Origin: Botryllus schlosseri
Lineage: Eukaryota
NCBI GenBank assembly: GCA_051294905.1
Contig: CM119371.1
Span: 28,956,001 to 29,020,000, forward strand
Direction: 5' to 3'
Length of the DNA stretch: 64,000 nt
The notes beneath the pieces are model-generated. The model had not been told where the DNA came from. It searched no databases and worked only from the letters and a program-made list of their open reading frames with translations. Made by a program: the position numbers and the translations under genes. The stretch's first letter is position 1; every line of letters begins with the position of its first letter. This document shows positions 51,184 through 64,000 of this stretch, in pieces.

Positions 51184-52400
51184 CAGTGGTTCTCAACCTT
51201 TTTGTCTTCGCGGACCCCTTCCGGACCGTCACGGACCCCGCGGACCCCCACGAAGCTTTAGATCAAATTTAGCTCAATTATCATGCAATCGCCATTTGAC
51301 TTGTGCAAGTGATAGCTGTAGGCTTAGTTATAAAGAGCAACGAAATGACTTTTCTTGAAAATAAGATCATACTCTTCGTGTTGAAATTGGGATGACTTTT
51401 AATATTTCAAAGTAAATTCTGCAACTGCATATCCTTAAATACGGGGTGGTGTCTTGAAAATACGCGCCTTCGGTTTGATATGTACGAGTGCCGAAAATTC
51501 ATTCCCACAATTTTAGGTTATGGCGAATGTAATAATAACGCGTAACGCTTCCGACGACACATTTGGGTATGATCGCAACAAATATGGCACCAAAATTGAA
51601 AAGTGAATTTTTCAATGTACATACAACGTCAAGCCTGATCATTTCTATCTAGCACAGGGGTGTCAAACATACGGCATGCGGGCTGCATCCGGCTCGTCAG
51701 ACCACTTCATCCGGCCCGCGAGGCCATTCTGAGTAGATTGAAAAAAAATTAATCTCATTATCCGACAGATTTTTAACAGAAGTTGAGATTTTACTACTAA
51801 ATAATTCGTCGCAAATAATCCAGCATATTTTTCACCACGAATAGGTCGGACCAACGACGCATATCCGTTGTCCAGTGACATTGTCCACTAAAACGGGCAC
51901 AGAAATATTTCAACGATATCCTCGTTACAGCCACTCTTATAGTAGGTAATAAATGTATTCAATCGGCCAATTATCGTATTTTTGCCAATTCCATTGTTTG
52001 CGAATAACGTTGTTGCTGGAATAAAGTGGGCCCACATATTCCGTGATATCAATAAAGCATTCCAGTGAAAAGCAACGATATGGATGTCGACATAGCATAT
52101 TGAAATTATTTGACTGGTCCGGTCCGCGAGTGACTAAAACTCCACAAAATATCTCCAAACAGCAAAATGTTTGTATCAGTAGGCTATTGGCAATTTTGGG
52201 ATTAAAATGAGCCCGCACAGTACGATATTGCATCTCAGACGGTCATTCTGTTGATGTGAGCTCTGGAGTTTTACTAGTAATGAAGCGAAACTGTGCCCCG
52301 TGATTTCCCGATTAAAAAAATACAAACTAGGTTATTAAATATTTTGAGGCTTCGCGGACCCCCTAAAAATGCTTCGCGGACCCCTGGTTGAGAACCACTG
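51184..52400 (+). mobile_element. Buster/Charlie-like MITE 17 bp after the ATL-like stop codon, with a nested fragment from 51656
   Basis: TIR cagtggttctcaacc...ggttgagaaccactg; perfect TSD ttctagag. Confidence 0.92.
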
Positions 52401-54466
52401 TTCTAGAGCATGTCGCTGTATTTTTAAATTACAGTTGAACTACGTCTTCGAATGCGGGATTCAGGCAGAATAATGTCTAAATCCGTCGAAATACCTGATA
52501 TATTTGCGGAAATCGTGAATTTAGCCATTTCAATATCTGAGCCAATATTCATATCTGATATCTCTCGTTAAATTGTTAGTATACATAATAGTTGCATTAC
52601 GGTATACGCTGCCAAAAGACGACGACTCATGATGAAGCAGGCGCTTACTATCCCCACATTATCAAATACATACGATGATAATTCGCTGCCTGATCAAATA
52701 GATAGCGCGACACGCCGTTTGACGGTGGGTGGTCTGGTGGTAAAGTTTGTGTAACTATGCACCTTTACGTTGTCGGTTCCAGAGCTATCGGCAACAGTGT
52801 ATCATCTGACTGCGTACAGATTGGTCACACCTGACAGCCTCAAACCGAACCCGAAACAGTGATATCGGATATTTTTTCGAGCTCGATAACTGTTGTTCGA
52901 TGTAACAGTGCGAATAGGATTGCATTTGAAACAAATCAAACATACATATTCAAAACAAGTCCCTTGTTTGAAACATGTTTTTTATCGTTTTTTAAGCCAT
53001 GACGTGACGAATATTAAATTGTCACTTCATTGTCGATTGACATTAACAATTAAAAATATAGCTCATTTTACGAAATAGGCTTCCAACAACTGTTATATAC
53101 CGTCCAAAAATGTTTTTAACCCGGACTAAATCGTCATGTAGCATTTTTACGGTCGGCAGTCATCATCATCATCATCATAACATTCATTCCGTACCAATCC
53201 AAAGCTACAACACCAATGGGTTGCGGGTTCGGGCCGACTTCAGAATTGCTACCTAACTGTTGGAGGTATAACTAGGCTCCTCCTCTTCATCTCATCCGTG
53301 CAAGCAGTGGCTTAACTCATTATTTTAACACATTATGCCCGGCACAACAACAATTTTATCCAAATATTTGAAAATGTGATATTTTCCGCGTCAAGGGGGC
53401 GTCAAGGTTTAGCTTTACACAGTAACAGCTGCAGTGGTGGTATAGTCTAGTCAGTAAAATTAAGTCTGCGAGATCACCAAATTGTCTTCGCAGAAACTAG
53501 GGAACGATCTTCGAACTTTTTGGGTTCGCCTTCAAAATGCATAACCAGTTGTTGTCATAATAATAGCATTAAGCTTTCTGATTGAATTTCCTTTAACTTA
53601 TTTCGGTGAAGTAGGATTTCCTGCAATGTTATCTATAAAAACGAAATAAGTTTGCGATTGACAATGACATGAGAGATAATGTAAATACCTCCCCTTTGAC
53701 GAGATTTGACCACTAGATAACATGAGAACAGCACCAGCCTTCCCATTGACTTGATACTTTTAACAGGCATTTCAGTGTACAGGTACATTATGACGTCATC
53801 TCTGTGCTGTTTAACAATTAATTGAGTGCAAGCTGTTACTTGATATCTTCTGAAAGGGGGTAATTGCATCCCATCATTTTCTTATTAAGGGTAACGACAT
53901 GAAAAAGGTTGAGAACCACTGCATTAGAGTTTGAGACCCCTGCCGTAAATGACGAGAGGCCTATGCTTATGACATCACAGGAGGAATATAATTTACATGT
54001 TGCGTACAGCTGATATGAACAGCATGTTCTGAAGCATAAATTTGTCTATTTATTGTGATAGCTAGGCAACGGCCCATTTTAATGCGGTTCTGGTACATCC
54101 CAGTACACCCTTTCCACCCTTTCAAAGTTTGGGTACACCCTGTTGGTGTACGATAACCCGATTGAAGAGCCCTGATTTAAGACAATCTTTTCTATAGTGC
54201 AGTGTTGAATAAATGTTGGTAGCTTTGTAACTGGTACATAAATGCAACCTTTTATTGCAACAGAAACTTGTCCTATTAATTAATGATATCCAGTGTACGT
54301 ATATAGGGACTTTAAATTGCGCGTTGCGTCATACATACCGATCATGGATATTGAAGCCGAACAATTGACAGGCGAGACTTTGCTGATAGGTATGGCGTAT
54401 ATTCACAAAAATTACAAGGTAAGCGCGGCATACGTACGATATACAGGTTCGACTTGTACGCCTTGC

Positions 54467-56188
54467 TAAGTGTGAAGACCCCGAGAAATCCCGATCCCGG
54501 GATCTTAGGCTATTTTTCTGATCCCGATCCCGTGGTTAAAGTTAATCCCAATGAAATCCCGGGATCACTGGAAAGCAGATGTCGAAGCTTAGTAGCGCGA
54601 TACCTCTCATTTTGACCATAAAGCAGCGTCAAAATATCGGCTCATTGTCTACAAAATACGTATGTATGTAATATCAAAACAAACTAAGAAATAACAATGA
54701 ACCAAGAAATCACTTCACCCGTAGGCTATTGTGCATGTACTAGTGATTATCGCAGCGTTAGAAAGAAGTGTGTTGCGGAGGTAAAATTTTGATCGCAATA
54801 TTGGCCTTCCAAATGAGGTTCTTTAAAAATAGTTTACAGGCCCAACTGTTGAATTAGACCGAGGCAATACTGAACAGTATGAAGATCCTGCTAGCCATGA
54901 TACTGAAATGAATTTGGCACGAGAGCTGCGTGAGTTCGTGGCAGATGATGAAAGTGTTGAAGAATAAACTGCGATGTTGACGTACGAGTATATTATGCAT
55001 GAAAAAATGCTGCTGTATGAAGACAGCAAAACGCCGGAAAACAACAATTTATATGAATCGCGGACAGCACAACATCTGTTGAGGCTGCACGTGCGTTTTC
55101 AGTTCGTGTATATTTCGCCAACAAATTAAGAAGCCGTCCAGGCCGGGTTTGGCCAACCTGTGGTCACAGAACAATTGTGCAGCCGTCAACACATAATTAA
55201 AATTAGCGTGTTTCGGCGGCTGTGCACATGCAACTTGACTTTACGAATTGACTCCCGAATTTTTGCGCGTCGCGCGATTTACGGTGACTTGACTTAATTA
55301 TTCTGTTTTAATAGAATAGAATCCTTGCAATCTGAGCGTCTGCGCACAAATCCGAACCGAATAGAAAAATAATGCGGCCCATGAGGAACCAACCAATATA
55401 AAGTCATTTGCGAATGAAGGTTTTTCTGGTACATCTGGGCTATTCCAATATATATTTTTACTATACCGACAATTTTGATGGCGTGTCAAGAACTAGCAAT
55501 ATGCAACAAGTGATTAATAACAACCCGAAGACACAACATCATTTTATGCGCCAAAAAATTTGCGTAGGCACCCCTCCATCAGCGCTAATTTAAAATCTGA
55601 TCACCTGAGCTGAGAAAGGATAAATATTTGATAGTACTATATGCAGCAATAACCAATCTCATCGACAAAAGACATGCACGAAGTTGAAAAAATTTCGCGC
55701 TCGTCGTGACTAGACGACCCATATCAATAATTTTCTTAACTAGTTAATTCGATTTCGCTTCGAATGGTAAGCGTGCGCGTGCGTTCTGCTTCTACAACTA
55801 AAAAACTTTCAAGCGCAAGGTATTTCACAAGAAAACAATGGTGGCACAGAACACCGGAAGGGCAGTTCGCGATGCGAAGTCGCCTTGTTGCCAATTTAAC
55901 GAATATATTTCGAATCAAGGTGATCCAGTACGACTGTCCGATGAAATGCGGCCGCACGCTGTATATGTAATCGAAGTGCGGCCATGAATTGCAAAAAGGT
56001 TGAAGATCCACATGGTCCAGACGACGGCACTATTGATGCGCTCATGTTTTTGCGTCTATATTACAAGGAATAAATGTTGTTTGCGCAGCTTGTATGTGTA
56101 TATTATTACTTTGATAATCCGAGGAAATCCTGGGATTAAGAAGTAAACATTCCTGGATTTATAATTTGATCCCGAAATTCTAGCACTA
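54467..56188 (+). mobile_element. hAT deletion derivative (GATCCCGGG family) with a transposase remnant split by an insertion at 55144-56014
   Basis: TSVEAARAFS...FANKLRSR (about 55070-55138) resumes as PDDGTIDALMFLRLYYKE* (56017-56073); insertion flanked by gtccaggc/gtccagac; outer boundaries approximate. Confidence 0.75.
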
Positions 56189-56820
56189 TACTTTTTACTC
56201 AATCACAATCGAAAGTTGCAACATAACATCAATCGTGGAGTCGTACCATCGACATATACAGCACAGAAATAACACACTACTTGTCTGAGTGCTTTAACGA
56301 ATATAGCAACTGATATGATGGCGAGAAATGTATAGTTTGCGGATCGATTAATATTCTATGGTAAAAGCGACATCATTCGCATTTCGCTCACGTATCAAGT
56401 TTTCGCAAAAGACTAAAGTAACACAAAAGACACAAAGAATTATTTGTCCTCCCGCGGCTATAAAACTTCTGAAACAATAGGTCACAGCTTTACAAATCCG
56501 CTAGACCCAGCAATATCATTGAACTACACACTCCGCAATATGGCGGTGACGACAAAACAAAATTTCTGAACATCCTCATGATAAGCTCAAAAACGCATCG
56601 AGTATTCCGGGAATGCAATGAAACCAGTGCAGCGTGACAGCAAACATGGAAATAATCGGATATTAAAGCATAAAACCAGACTGCCGGATGAGGGGAGGGC
56701 TATTACAGGGGTTCGCTGCTCGTGGACATGCCAACAGCAAGACGCGCGACCCATGACGGTTCCATTGGAACAGCTAAAATGTCATTCAACTGAGATTCCT
56801 TACGATTGTTGTGTATAGCG

Positions 56821-57688
56821 CAGTGGTAGGCAACTATACGGCCTGCGGGTCGCATGCGGCAACCAACACAGTTTTGTGCGGTCGGCGAAAGTTTCAAGAA
56901 ACGTATTAAAAATATTGATAAAATGCGTACTAAAATCTAAGTACTGCATTGACTCGATCAAACATTTTCTTATTATAATCCACCACGCTAATTAATTTAT
57001 GTGATATTCTTACTATATTATACTTTAATTTAATTTCTGATGCGATAGCCCGCCCATAAGACCCATATATTTTAAAAGGTTTCAAATGCTTAACATCACA
57101 GAAAGTCAAAACGGGAATAACATTCGGATCACGAATGAAATTTTACCTTGGCCACACCAACACGTTTATTCTTTTTAGTGCTGTACCTGGAAAAACCGAG
57201 TCGTCCGCGTGTTAGGCAGATTTGTTCTCTGTATGTGCGGAAGTAGCCTATAATACTTATAAAATCTATATATTTTAGTGGGAGCGTATTAGAAGATAAC
57301 ATGGTTACGACGCTGTCAGCATTGTCTGTCCTGGAGTTGTGCCAAAAGCAGAATCGTCAAATCTATAAACAGATCACTGCTCACAGATTTGAATCTCTAT
57401 CCAGTACTAAGAATCGGGACAACCGACTTTCATCCTTAGTTTTGAAAATTGGTTATTGATGATGACCAGCTTATGAAATCCCACCAATGTTTCTGACGCG
57501 TGTACGACGTCATCAAATCAATGGCTGGATGGTTTTAAATCAACATATATATATTATCTCCGTATCCCGCTATCTAATCAAATACCAGTATCGTATTTTG
57601 GTTTCTGATGCCAATTTTATTAGTGCTGCCCGCAAACGGATTAGGGTGTTGAAAGCGGCGCGCGAGCTAAAGAAATTGCCCACATTTG
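56821..57688 (+). mobile_element. Buster/Charlie-like MITE
   Basis: cagtggtaggcaac...ttgcccacatttg; homologous to 23948-24770. Confidence 0.65.
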
Positions 57689-58009
57689 ATTTAACGTAAC
57701 ACCACTCGTCGGTATCTGGTTTCTAAACTATTCGTTGTATCTGTTACTTCTGTTCCGCCAGAACAAAAAGAAATCGAGAGATATTTACCGATTAGCCTAC
57801 GTATTGGTACAGTCGCGGAAGTAATGAGCGATGAACAATTGGAACTGCGTCCCAGACGCGAGGGGTATTGTTGCAACTATAGCAACTTAACGTATATCTC
57901 TATTCAGGTGAGGTCATCGAATTCAAGATAAAAACACGGTCGCTCGATAACAACAACGATAGCTTCATCAGTGTAGTTAAAAATGCATAAGATTAGGTTG
58001 AATTGAAGG

Positions 58010-58330
58010 TAATAATAATAATAATAATATAATAATTTATAGAGCGCCGAATATAACAATATATCATTACTACAATAGGGCGCTGTACATAAAAGGCAAT
58101 AAAATATAAAAGTAAACGATATGTATAAAAGACGAAGTGCATAGTTGTAGGGCGGAATGAACACTACTCTAGTTCGAACGCTCGTGTGAATAAAACGGTC
58201 TTGATTTTGCGTTTGAAAACATATAGCGAGTCACATAGTCTGATAGAAATTGGAAGATTGTTCCACAGAATGGCGGCCGAGGAAGAAAAGGTACGTCGAA
58301 GTCAGAGATTCGAAGGTATTTCTACAGGTG
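58010..58330 (-). mobile_element. 5'-truncated L2/CR1-clade LINE 3' end
   Basis: Minus frame RRTFSSSAAILWNNLPISIRLCDSLYVFKRKIKTVLF, a typical ORF2 C-terminus, followed by a 3' UTR and a (TAT)n tail. Confidence 0.82.
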
Positions 58331-58566
58331 GCTCATCATCAATTAGGTCATTGATACATTTAAATTCAATGCTAGTAGTATATAACCGGGATCAAACCCC
58401 TAGAAGAAGGAGGTGGCGTCCAACAATTTTCAGGAAAAACCGCCATGGCGTACTCTGGCGTACTGATACGATGGATTTAATGCACCCATTGGATTCGCAA
58501 GAATTTACTTGTGGAATTCATGTCATAGTTTTAACAAGACTTTAAATGTATTGATTTTACATACTA

Positions 58567-59815
58567 CCCAGCTAGCACGCCCACTAGGTATCCAGGTGGA
58601 ATTTAAGTGGTTAGGTGGGATGGATGATCGGAATGGGTTAGCGACATGTATCCCACATCGAAACCAAGCGGGATTTCCATCCGTAAAGATGCGTGGTTAT
58701 ACCATACCAATCCCAGGTAGATTGCAATAAGTCTCTTCTAATTGTACCGATTTATCCATTTGCGATGCTGGTCGCTTGGACATTTCCAAATTGAATTCCA
58801 CCTCCATATGAATTGAATTCGGGTACTGGTGACGACAAGCGCCTAAGAATCGGGCGGCCTCGGTTCGACTCCCGTCGGAGGTTTGTCCGGGCTCCTCTTC
58901 TTGCGACATGAGACCCGAGAATGACTCGACGAAAGAATGCACTCACACACAAGTTATGGAAATCGCGAGCAAGGGCCCTGGCCTCGAAAATGATCAACAT
59001 CGAGAGTAACTGTGACGGCGGGCACTCTAAGCCGAGGTAGATGTCAGTCAAAAAGACGGCAATTGCGCGTCGGTCGGCATCCTCCTATCTGTTCATTACA
59101 TCGCTTTCTATCTCATCGTATTGTACATTGTGTGTGTCTTGTTCAGTTGAAAATATAACTCAACGATTACACTTAAACTGCAGTGCATTGAAAAGCCCAG
59201 ACTGAAAGTGAGCCGTGCTACAAGTCGGCAGCAACGACCTCGATGGGAACGCTTGGGAGCGAGAGAGAATGAAGAATGACTGCGAGACAGATTGAAAGAC
59301 GTTCCCGAGAATACTAAAAGCAAAGACCTCTGAACATTATGAAATTCGTGTCGTGGAGCACAAGGCCTAAACGGCGATAAGCTCCACTGTGTTGTACCCA
59401 TTAATACATACATACATACATACATACTTAAACAGTGATGACGGCCTTACTCACCCACCGTAAAGGTTATTATATACTCAGATTACCGTATATATTGGTT
59501 TGCGTGATTGGAGGTAGCAGGTTCCAGGTATGTACTGTACAGTATACAATGTTAAGTTAACTAACGTGTAGGTTTACCTAACATCGCCTAGCACATCTCT
59601 ACGTCGACTTCTCGGCCCACTTACACTGCTACAAGGACCGGGGTCGCAATATTGTCTTCGCTGCCAGCTAAGTGGGTTACCCACATGGTCCCCCAGAAAA
59701 TACCTCTGTAATATGGGGCCAAAAATGTACGGTTCCCGCTTGGTTTCCCCAGCTGGTTACCACAATTCATCTCACCTTGATACCTTGTGGTACCCAAGTA
59801 GGCGTGCTACCTGGG
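58567..59815. mobile_element. Non-autonomous DNA transposon with CCC termini and a 2-bp TSD (animal EnSpm/CACTA-like)
   Basis: TIR cccagctagcacgcc...ggcgtgctacctggg; TA on both sides. Confidence 0.72.
58815..59143 (+). mobile_element. tRNA-derived SINE family B
   Basis: tactggtgacgacaagcgcct...GGTTCGACTCC B box; 3' end cattgtgtgtgtcttgt shared with two other copies. Confidence 0.65.
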
Positions 59816-61273
59816 TAGGCGAGATGTGGTACCGATGAGACACTGGGACCGAAAATACTGTCTGTGATAATCCCATGATTACAGTACGTGAATTTACCTA
59901 CAATGGCATGCTGGCAGAATCTTTCCCCACATGAAAAAACTTCGACAAATGATTTACGTTTTAGGGGGTGTAAAGTAAATGTGGATCGACATATGCATTT
60001 TTCTATATCACCTACCAGACTAACAAACCTGCCATAATTTTTGATGTTAAGAGTAGGGCTTGGATCAGGGTATATATTGGCACATATTATATGAACCAAT
60101 AGCATCCTCGAGTGGACTATTTTCAATTCAATTACTATATTTATAGGGTGGGGGACCTGTGGTACTATAGCCAAATCTAGCACTGGACCAACTAATCACT
60201 TAACCACAGAAACACGCCTACTTAGATAGAGGCTGTGAATCATAATTACCTGTCGTGTTTTATCGCTATTACGAGGCGTTTGAAAGTCAAAATGTCGATT
60301 TACGGGTAATATGTGTGTGCTGGCGTTAATTTTGTGAGTTTGGGCGTAAATCAAAACGTGATTTTATGCCAACATTTGAGTTGATATAATCTATTTTATT
60401 CTTGAAGGTGGCGACGAAGCATTCTTCATAGGCTTGCTGTAGCTTAAAATATAGTACATAATAACACAAGTTGACAAATTTGAGTTCTTGAGCGTATGTC
60501 TCATAGGTCCCATAGTCGTGTGCCTTTGGACACACCGGGTGGGGGCCGATGATACGTTCGAGCAACAAATTTTAAACGTTTAGAAATATTTCTTCAAAAG
60601 GCGGATATTCATGTAAATGTCCACGATAGATAGAGCTTGTACCGAATTGTTGAGACAGCGAAAGATCTGCGATTCTCGGCTAAAGATTTGAGGGCCACAG
60701 ATCATTTTGTAATTTTTCATCCATCGGCACCACATCTCCCCTACATCAGATGAAATATGTATTTTCGCCTAACGTATGATTGCAGTATGATCGTATTATA
60801 AGTTATAGTACCATTGACCTCACACGAGACATATTCGATACACACGGAAGATATTGGCATTCATATTCAGGACGAGTATGGGTGCGAATCGTTTGAGTTT
60901 CTATATGAATTAGGTTTGCACGACTGAAATCACACACAGCTCGTTCGATTATAAAATTATCAAGTAGAGAAGAGGTCAAGAAAGTAATTAATTGTGCCAG
61001 TTCTTCTCAATGCAATCACGCCCTTTTGTGATTCTAAAATTATAAATACAGACAATGTGGATGGAGTGAATTGACCGCGTCAGCTGCTTTCAATACAATC
61101 ATACCACTCTTGATATAAAATTAGTATGTGCAAGGCTTCTATCATTGTTCAGTAGCGGAGAGAATTCACCAGGCTCAGATTTAAATGGGGTCAATTTGTG
61201 CACTCAGTTTACAAAGACACACTCTCGAAGCTACAGCTAAGTCCTGATTTACCACGAATTCACCGTATATAGA

Positions 61274-61369
61274 TATAAAGCAGGCGAACATTTCGCAAGT
61301 TCATTAGAAACTCAACATGTCGACACTAGAAACTTAACATGTCGACATTGCTATTTCCTTTATTGATCC
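61274..61369 (+). promoter_or_regulatory. Candidate TATA/Inr promoter and first coding exon (MSTLLFPLLI, phase-1 donor)
   Basis: TATAAAG at 61274, TCATT Inr-like motif about 29 nt downstream, ATG at 61339, hydrophobic start, C|GTATGT donor; no downstream exon found. Confidence 0.3.
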
Positions 61370-61559
61370 GTATGTCATTTTGTTAGAAAAACCATATATT
61401 TGTGAAGCTGCTACTATATAATTGCAAAACCTTCGCACGCGGCGATGTCCTTGTCGGATAGACCGAGGTATTGTATTGTGATGCGACAAGCTCGACTGGC
61501 TAGCAACCTAATCTCTTCGGTCAGACTTGTACAAACTACTCGTTTAGTTAGTTGGCGGT

Positions 61560-62240
61560 AAACTCAGTAACGTTTTTTTTTGAGAAGTTGTAGTTGCAGA
61601 TTTTGAAAATTGAGTAGTTCTAGTTCTATTTGCTGATTTCGAAAATTCAGCAGTTCTAGTTCTAGTTTCACATTTGAAAAAATATTAGTTGCTGAAGAAC
61701 TAGAACGCACGTGTCGTCCTTTTGCATGAATCGCGATACCGGTGTTCTCTTGAAGGATTTTGCGTAGCCAGCAGGTGGGTTTTTGAGATCGAAGTCTCTC
61801 CCATTTCAAGATCGAATCCCCGTCCTTTTGAAATGTCGATTTTATGTCTTATATTTCGGATAAAATAAAAATTAATGTGTTGCCTATGAGAATGAAATCC
61901 TGTTCAGTATGGTTCTTAACATTTAATGACTTGGGAATCCTACGCCAGATGTGGGCAAATATTTTTCTGAGAATGGGAAGCAGGAAATACGTTGGCGTGC
62001 TCGGGCAAAAATTTGCACTATATTCTTCGGTGTATTAATTTTAAATGTCGTTAGTTCTAGTTTTAGTTCTAGTTGCAGGATTTGAAAAGTGAGTAGTTGT
62101 AGTTTTCGTTCTAGTTGCGGATTTTGAAAAGTAAGTAATTCTAGTTCCAGTTCTAATTGCTGATTTTGAAAAGTGAGTAGTAGTTCTTGTTCTAGTTCTG
62201 GTTGTTAGCTTTAACAATTGAGTAGTTCTAGTTCTGTCTT
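61560..62240 (+). repeat. AGTTCT/AGTTGT-rich repeat arrays, probably MITE subterminal repeats
   Basis: Repeated agtagttctagttc...gattttgaaaa units at 61585-61700 and 62050-62235. Confidence 0.65.
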
Positions 62241-62669
62241 CGTTGTCTCTGCTTATGGCAGTCGAATAGGCCGTTTTACATCGTTACTGTGGATTGTGAC
62301 CCGAACATGCTGAATTTTAACGTATGCGAAATAAGAATAGAAATGAAAAATTCTTGGCTCATTCCAGGGACAGCTACGTAGTAAGTTCGCAAGTGAATCT
62401 TCCGATGCGTATATTAATGTCCAGCTAGTCACGGCCTGAGAACCGTTTGGGCAGTGGTTTCGTCCGAATGATAAGTGACGTGTATGGATCACATTCGTTA
62501 ATGCTCACAAAACATCCTTGTTATAATTACAAAAGTCGGTAGGCGAAACTTCCAGGCAGGGTTGTAATTAAGCCTGGGAATAATCGAGTACCTGAGTTAT
62601 TCGATTCTGAATTACGCATTATGCGTCGAGTCGAGTATTCGAGTATCACTCACTATGACCTCATAACAG

Positions 62670-63510
62670 CAGACATGGGGTGATCACTTCATGAATGTAA
62701 CCGATTACAATTACTTATGAATCACGCGATTACGACTACGATTACGATTACAGAAAAATCAGAAAGTTGTCGATTATGATTACGATTACATTGGAAAAGC
62801 AATCACGATTACTGACGGTTACATTTATTTTGTTTCTTGGAGCTTATCTATAAACTCATATAAGAAGACAATATAACGATTGGGATGAGAATGCCTCATG
62901 AGAGTACAACTCTCTTTTTAATTGAGAAGTCGTGATGCTTGTTACGTCAGAATATACCCATTGCTTAACTTTATAGCGGACGATTTCCCGCACCAAAAGA
63001 TTTGCATTCTTTCCAGGGCCGTAACTGCCGAACCTCAAACCCCCAATTGAGTGGGGGCGAGCTCGAAGGGGACACAAAAATATTTCGTAAATTATCATAA
63101 ATTATAGAGTATTTTCGAGAGATTTAATCAACTTGAAATTGCTATTTGCAATGTAATGTCGCTAGATATCTTGATTTTAAAATGCAGACGCTGTCCCCTC
63201 AAGAAAAAAGAAGAATAATTTATAGAAATAGGCATGTCGGTGCAGACCTTTACAGCGCTACGACACTACAAGACATATGCAGTTTCGTCAACATGTCACG
63301 CTGGATGGACGCTACAATTAGTCCTGCTCTCCTAATCTGAGTCCCAAAATAGAAAAGCCACTCGTGACAACCACAGACGGAGATGATGCGCCCGTGAAGA
63401 AGTTTGATTGATCACCCTATCGGGGGCCCAAGACCAACGTGTATCGGGGGCGAAGTGTTGTTACGGTCCGTATTCTAGCTACGAGTCACGCTAACATGGT
63501 GGCTATTGTG
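62670..63510 (-). mobile_element. Inverted partial copy of the GTAATC-family element, with the same nested caggaccgtaac-type MITE (63014-63471)
   Basis: cagacatggggtgatcacttcatgaatgtaa is the reverse complement of 37295-37324; both insertion junctions match those at about 36073 and 36981. Confidence 0.8.
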
Positions 63511-64000
63511 GCGAATGATCGATTGCTGCACGTTTCAAGTAGGATCGTATATAACAGGAGCGGGCAACATACGGCCCGCGACGGGATTTTGTCCGGCCCG
63601 CGGACAGTTTCTCATCTTTCATCATAGTTAGGCCCGCGGCCTTGGTTTGACGAGATTCCGCACAACTTGCTTGAACTAGGGTTATTATATTTTGGAAATC
63701 TGAAAAGAGGACACTTTTTCAGAATTTTACCTACTTCGTGGTCGGTTAACTAAAAAAAGGTCAACTTTCTCCCTCAGCGCCCAAAATATAGTTTTACTTT
63801 CACACTATCGGGTGTTTGACAAAAAAGGCAAACTTTCTCGCTCAGCGCCCAAAATATAGTTTTTCTTTCACAATATCAGGTGATTGACTAAAAAAAAGGT
63901 CAACTTTCCGGCCCAGCTCCGGAAATAGCGTTGCTACAGTGTTGACTTATTGTGTCTCAATCGAATTCGGCCCTATATCTAACCAAAATTCTCAAAAACT

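Noticed and set aside
52400..54400. Further ATL exons encoding a TM hairpin downstream
   Set aside because: I found no AG/GT-bounded open hydrophobic exon by eye, and exon 15 has an in-frame stop. This cannot be fully excluded without transcripts.

Overview
Eukaryotic, AT-rich, transposon-dense DNA, probably from a marine invertebrate (ascidian-like; the organism is an inference). One well-supported gene spans about 21.3-51.2 kb on the + strand. It has 15 coding exons with GT-AG junctions whose phases all match, giving a 769-aa atlastin/GBP-family large GTPase with intact G1-G4 motifs. Its architecture is unusual. The single atlastin three-helix bundle (3HB) is present as four tandem, diverged copies, each encoded by a 72-nt phase-0 exon plus a 186-291-nt phase-0 exon. 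The atlastin transmembrane hairpin is absent and the protein ends in a short amphipathic helix ([11 protein letters not shown]). The rest of the window is mostly non-autonomous DNA transposons: hAT-type elements with 8-bp TSDs (often nested three deep), TA-flanked and Harbinger-like elements, and three long fold-back palindromes. There are also two tRNA-derived SINE families, an L2/CR1 3' remnant, two hAT transposase remnants and a TSD-flanked, CCA-containing retrocopy of a tRNA-Leu 3' half. Apart from those overlapping these exons, the listed short ORFs look spurious.
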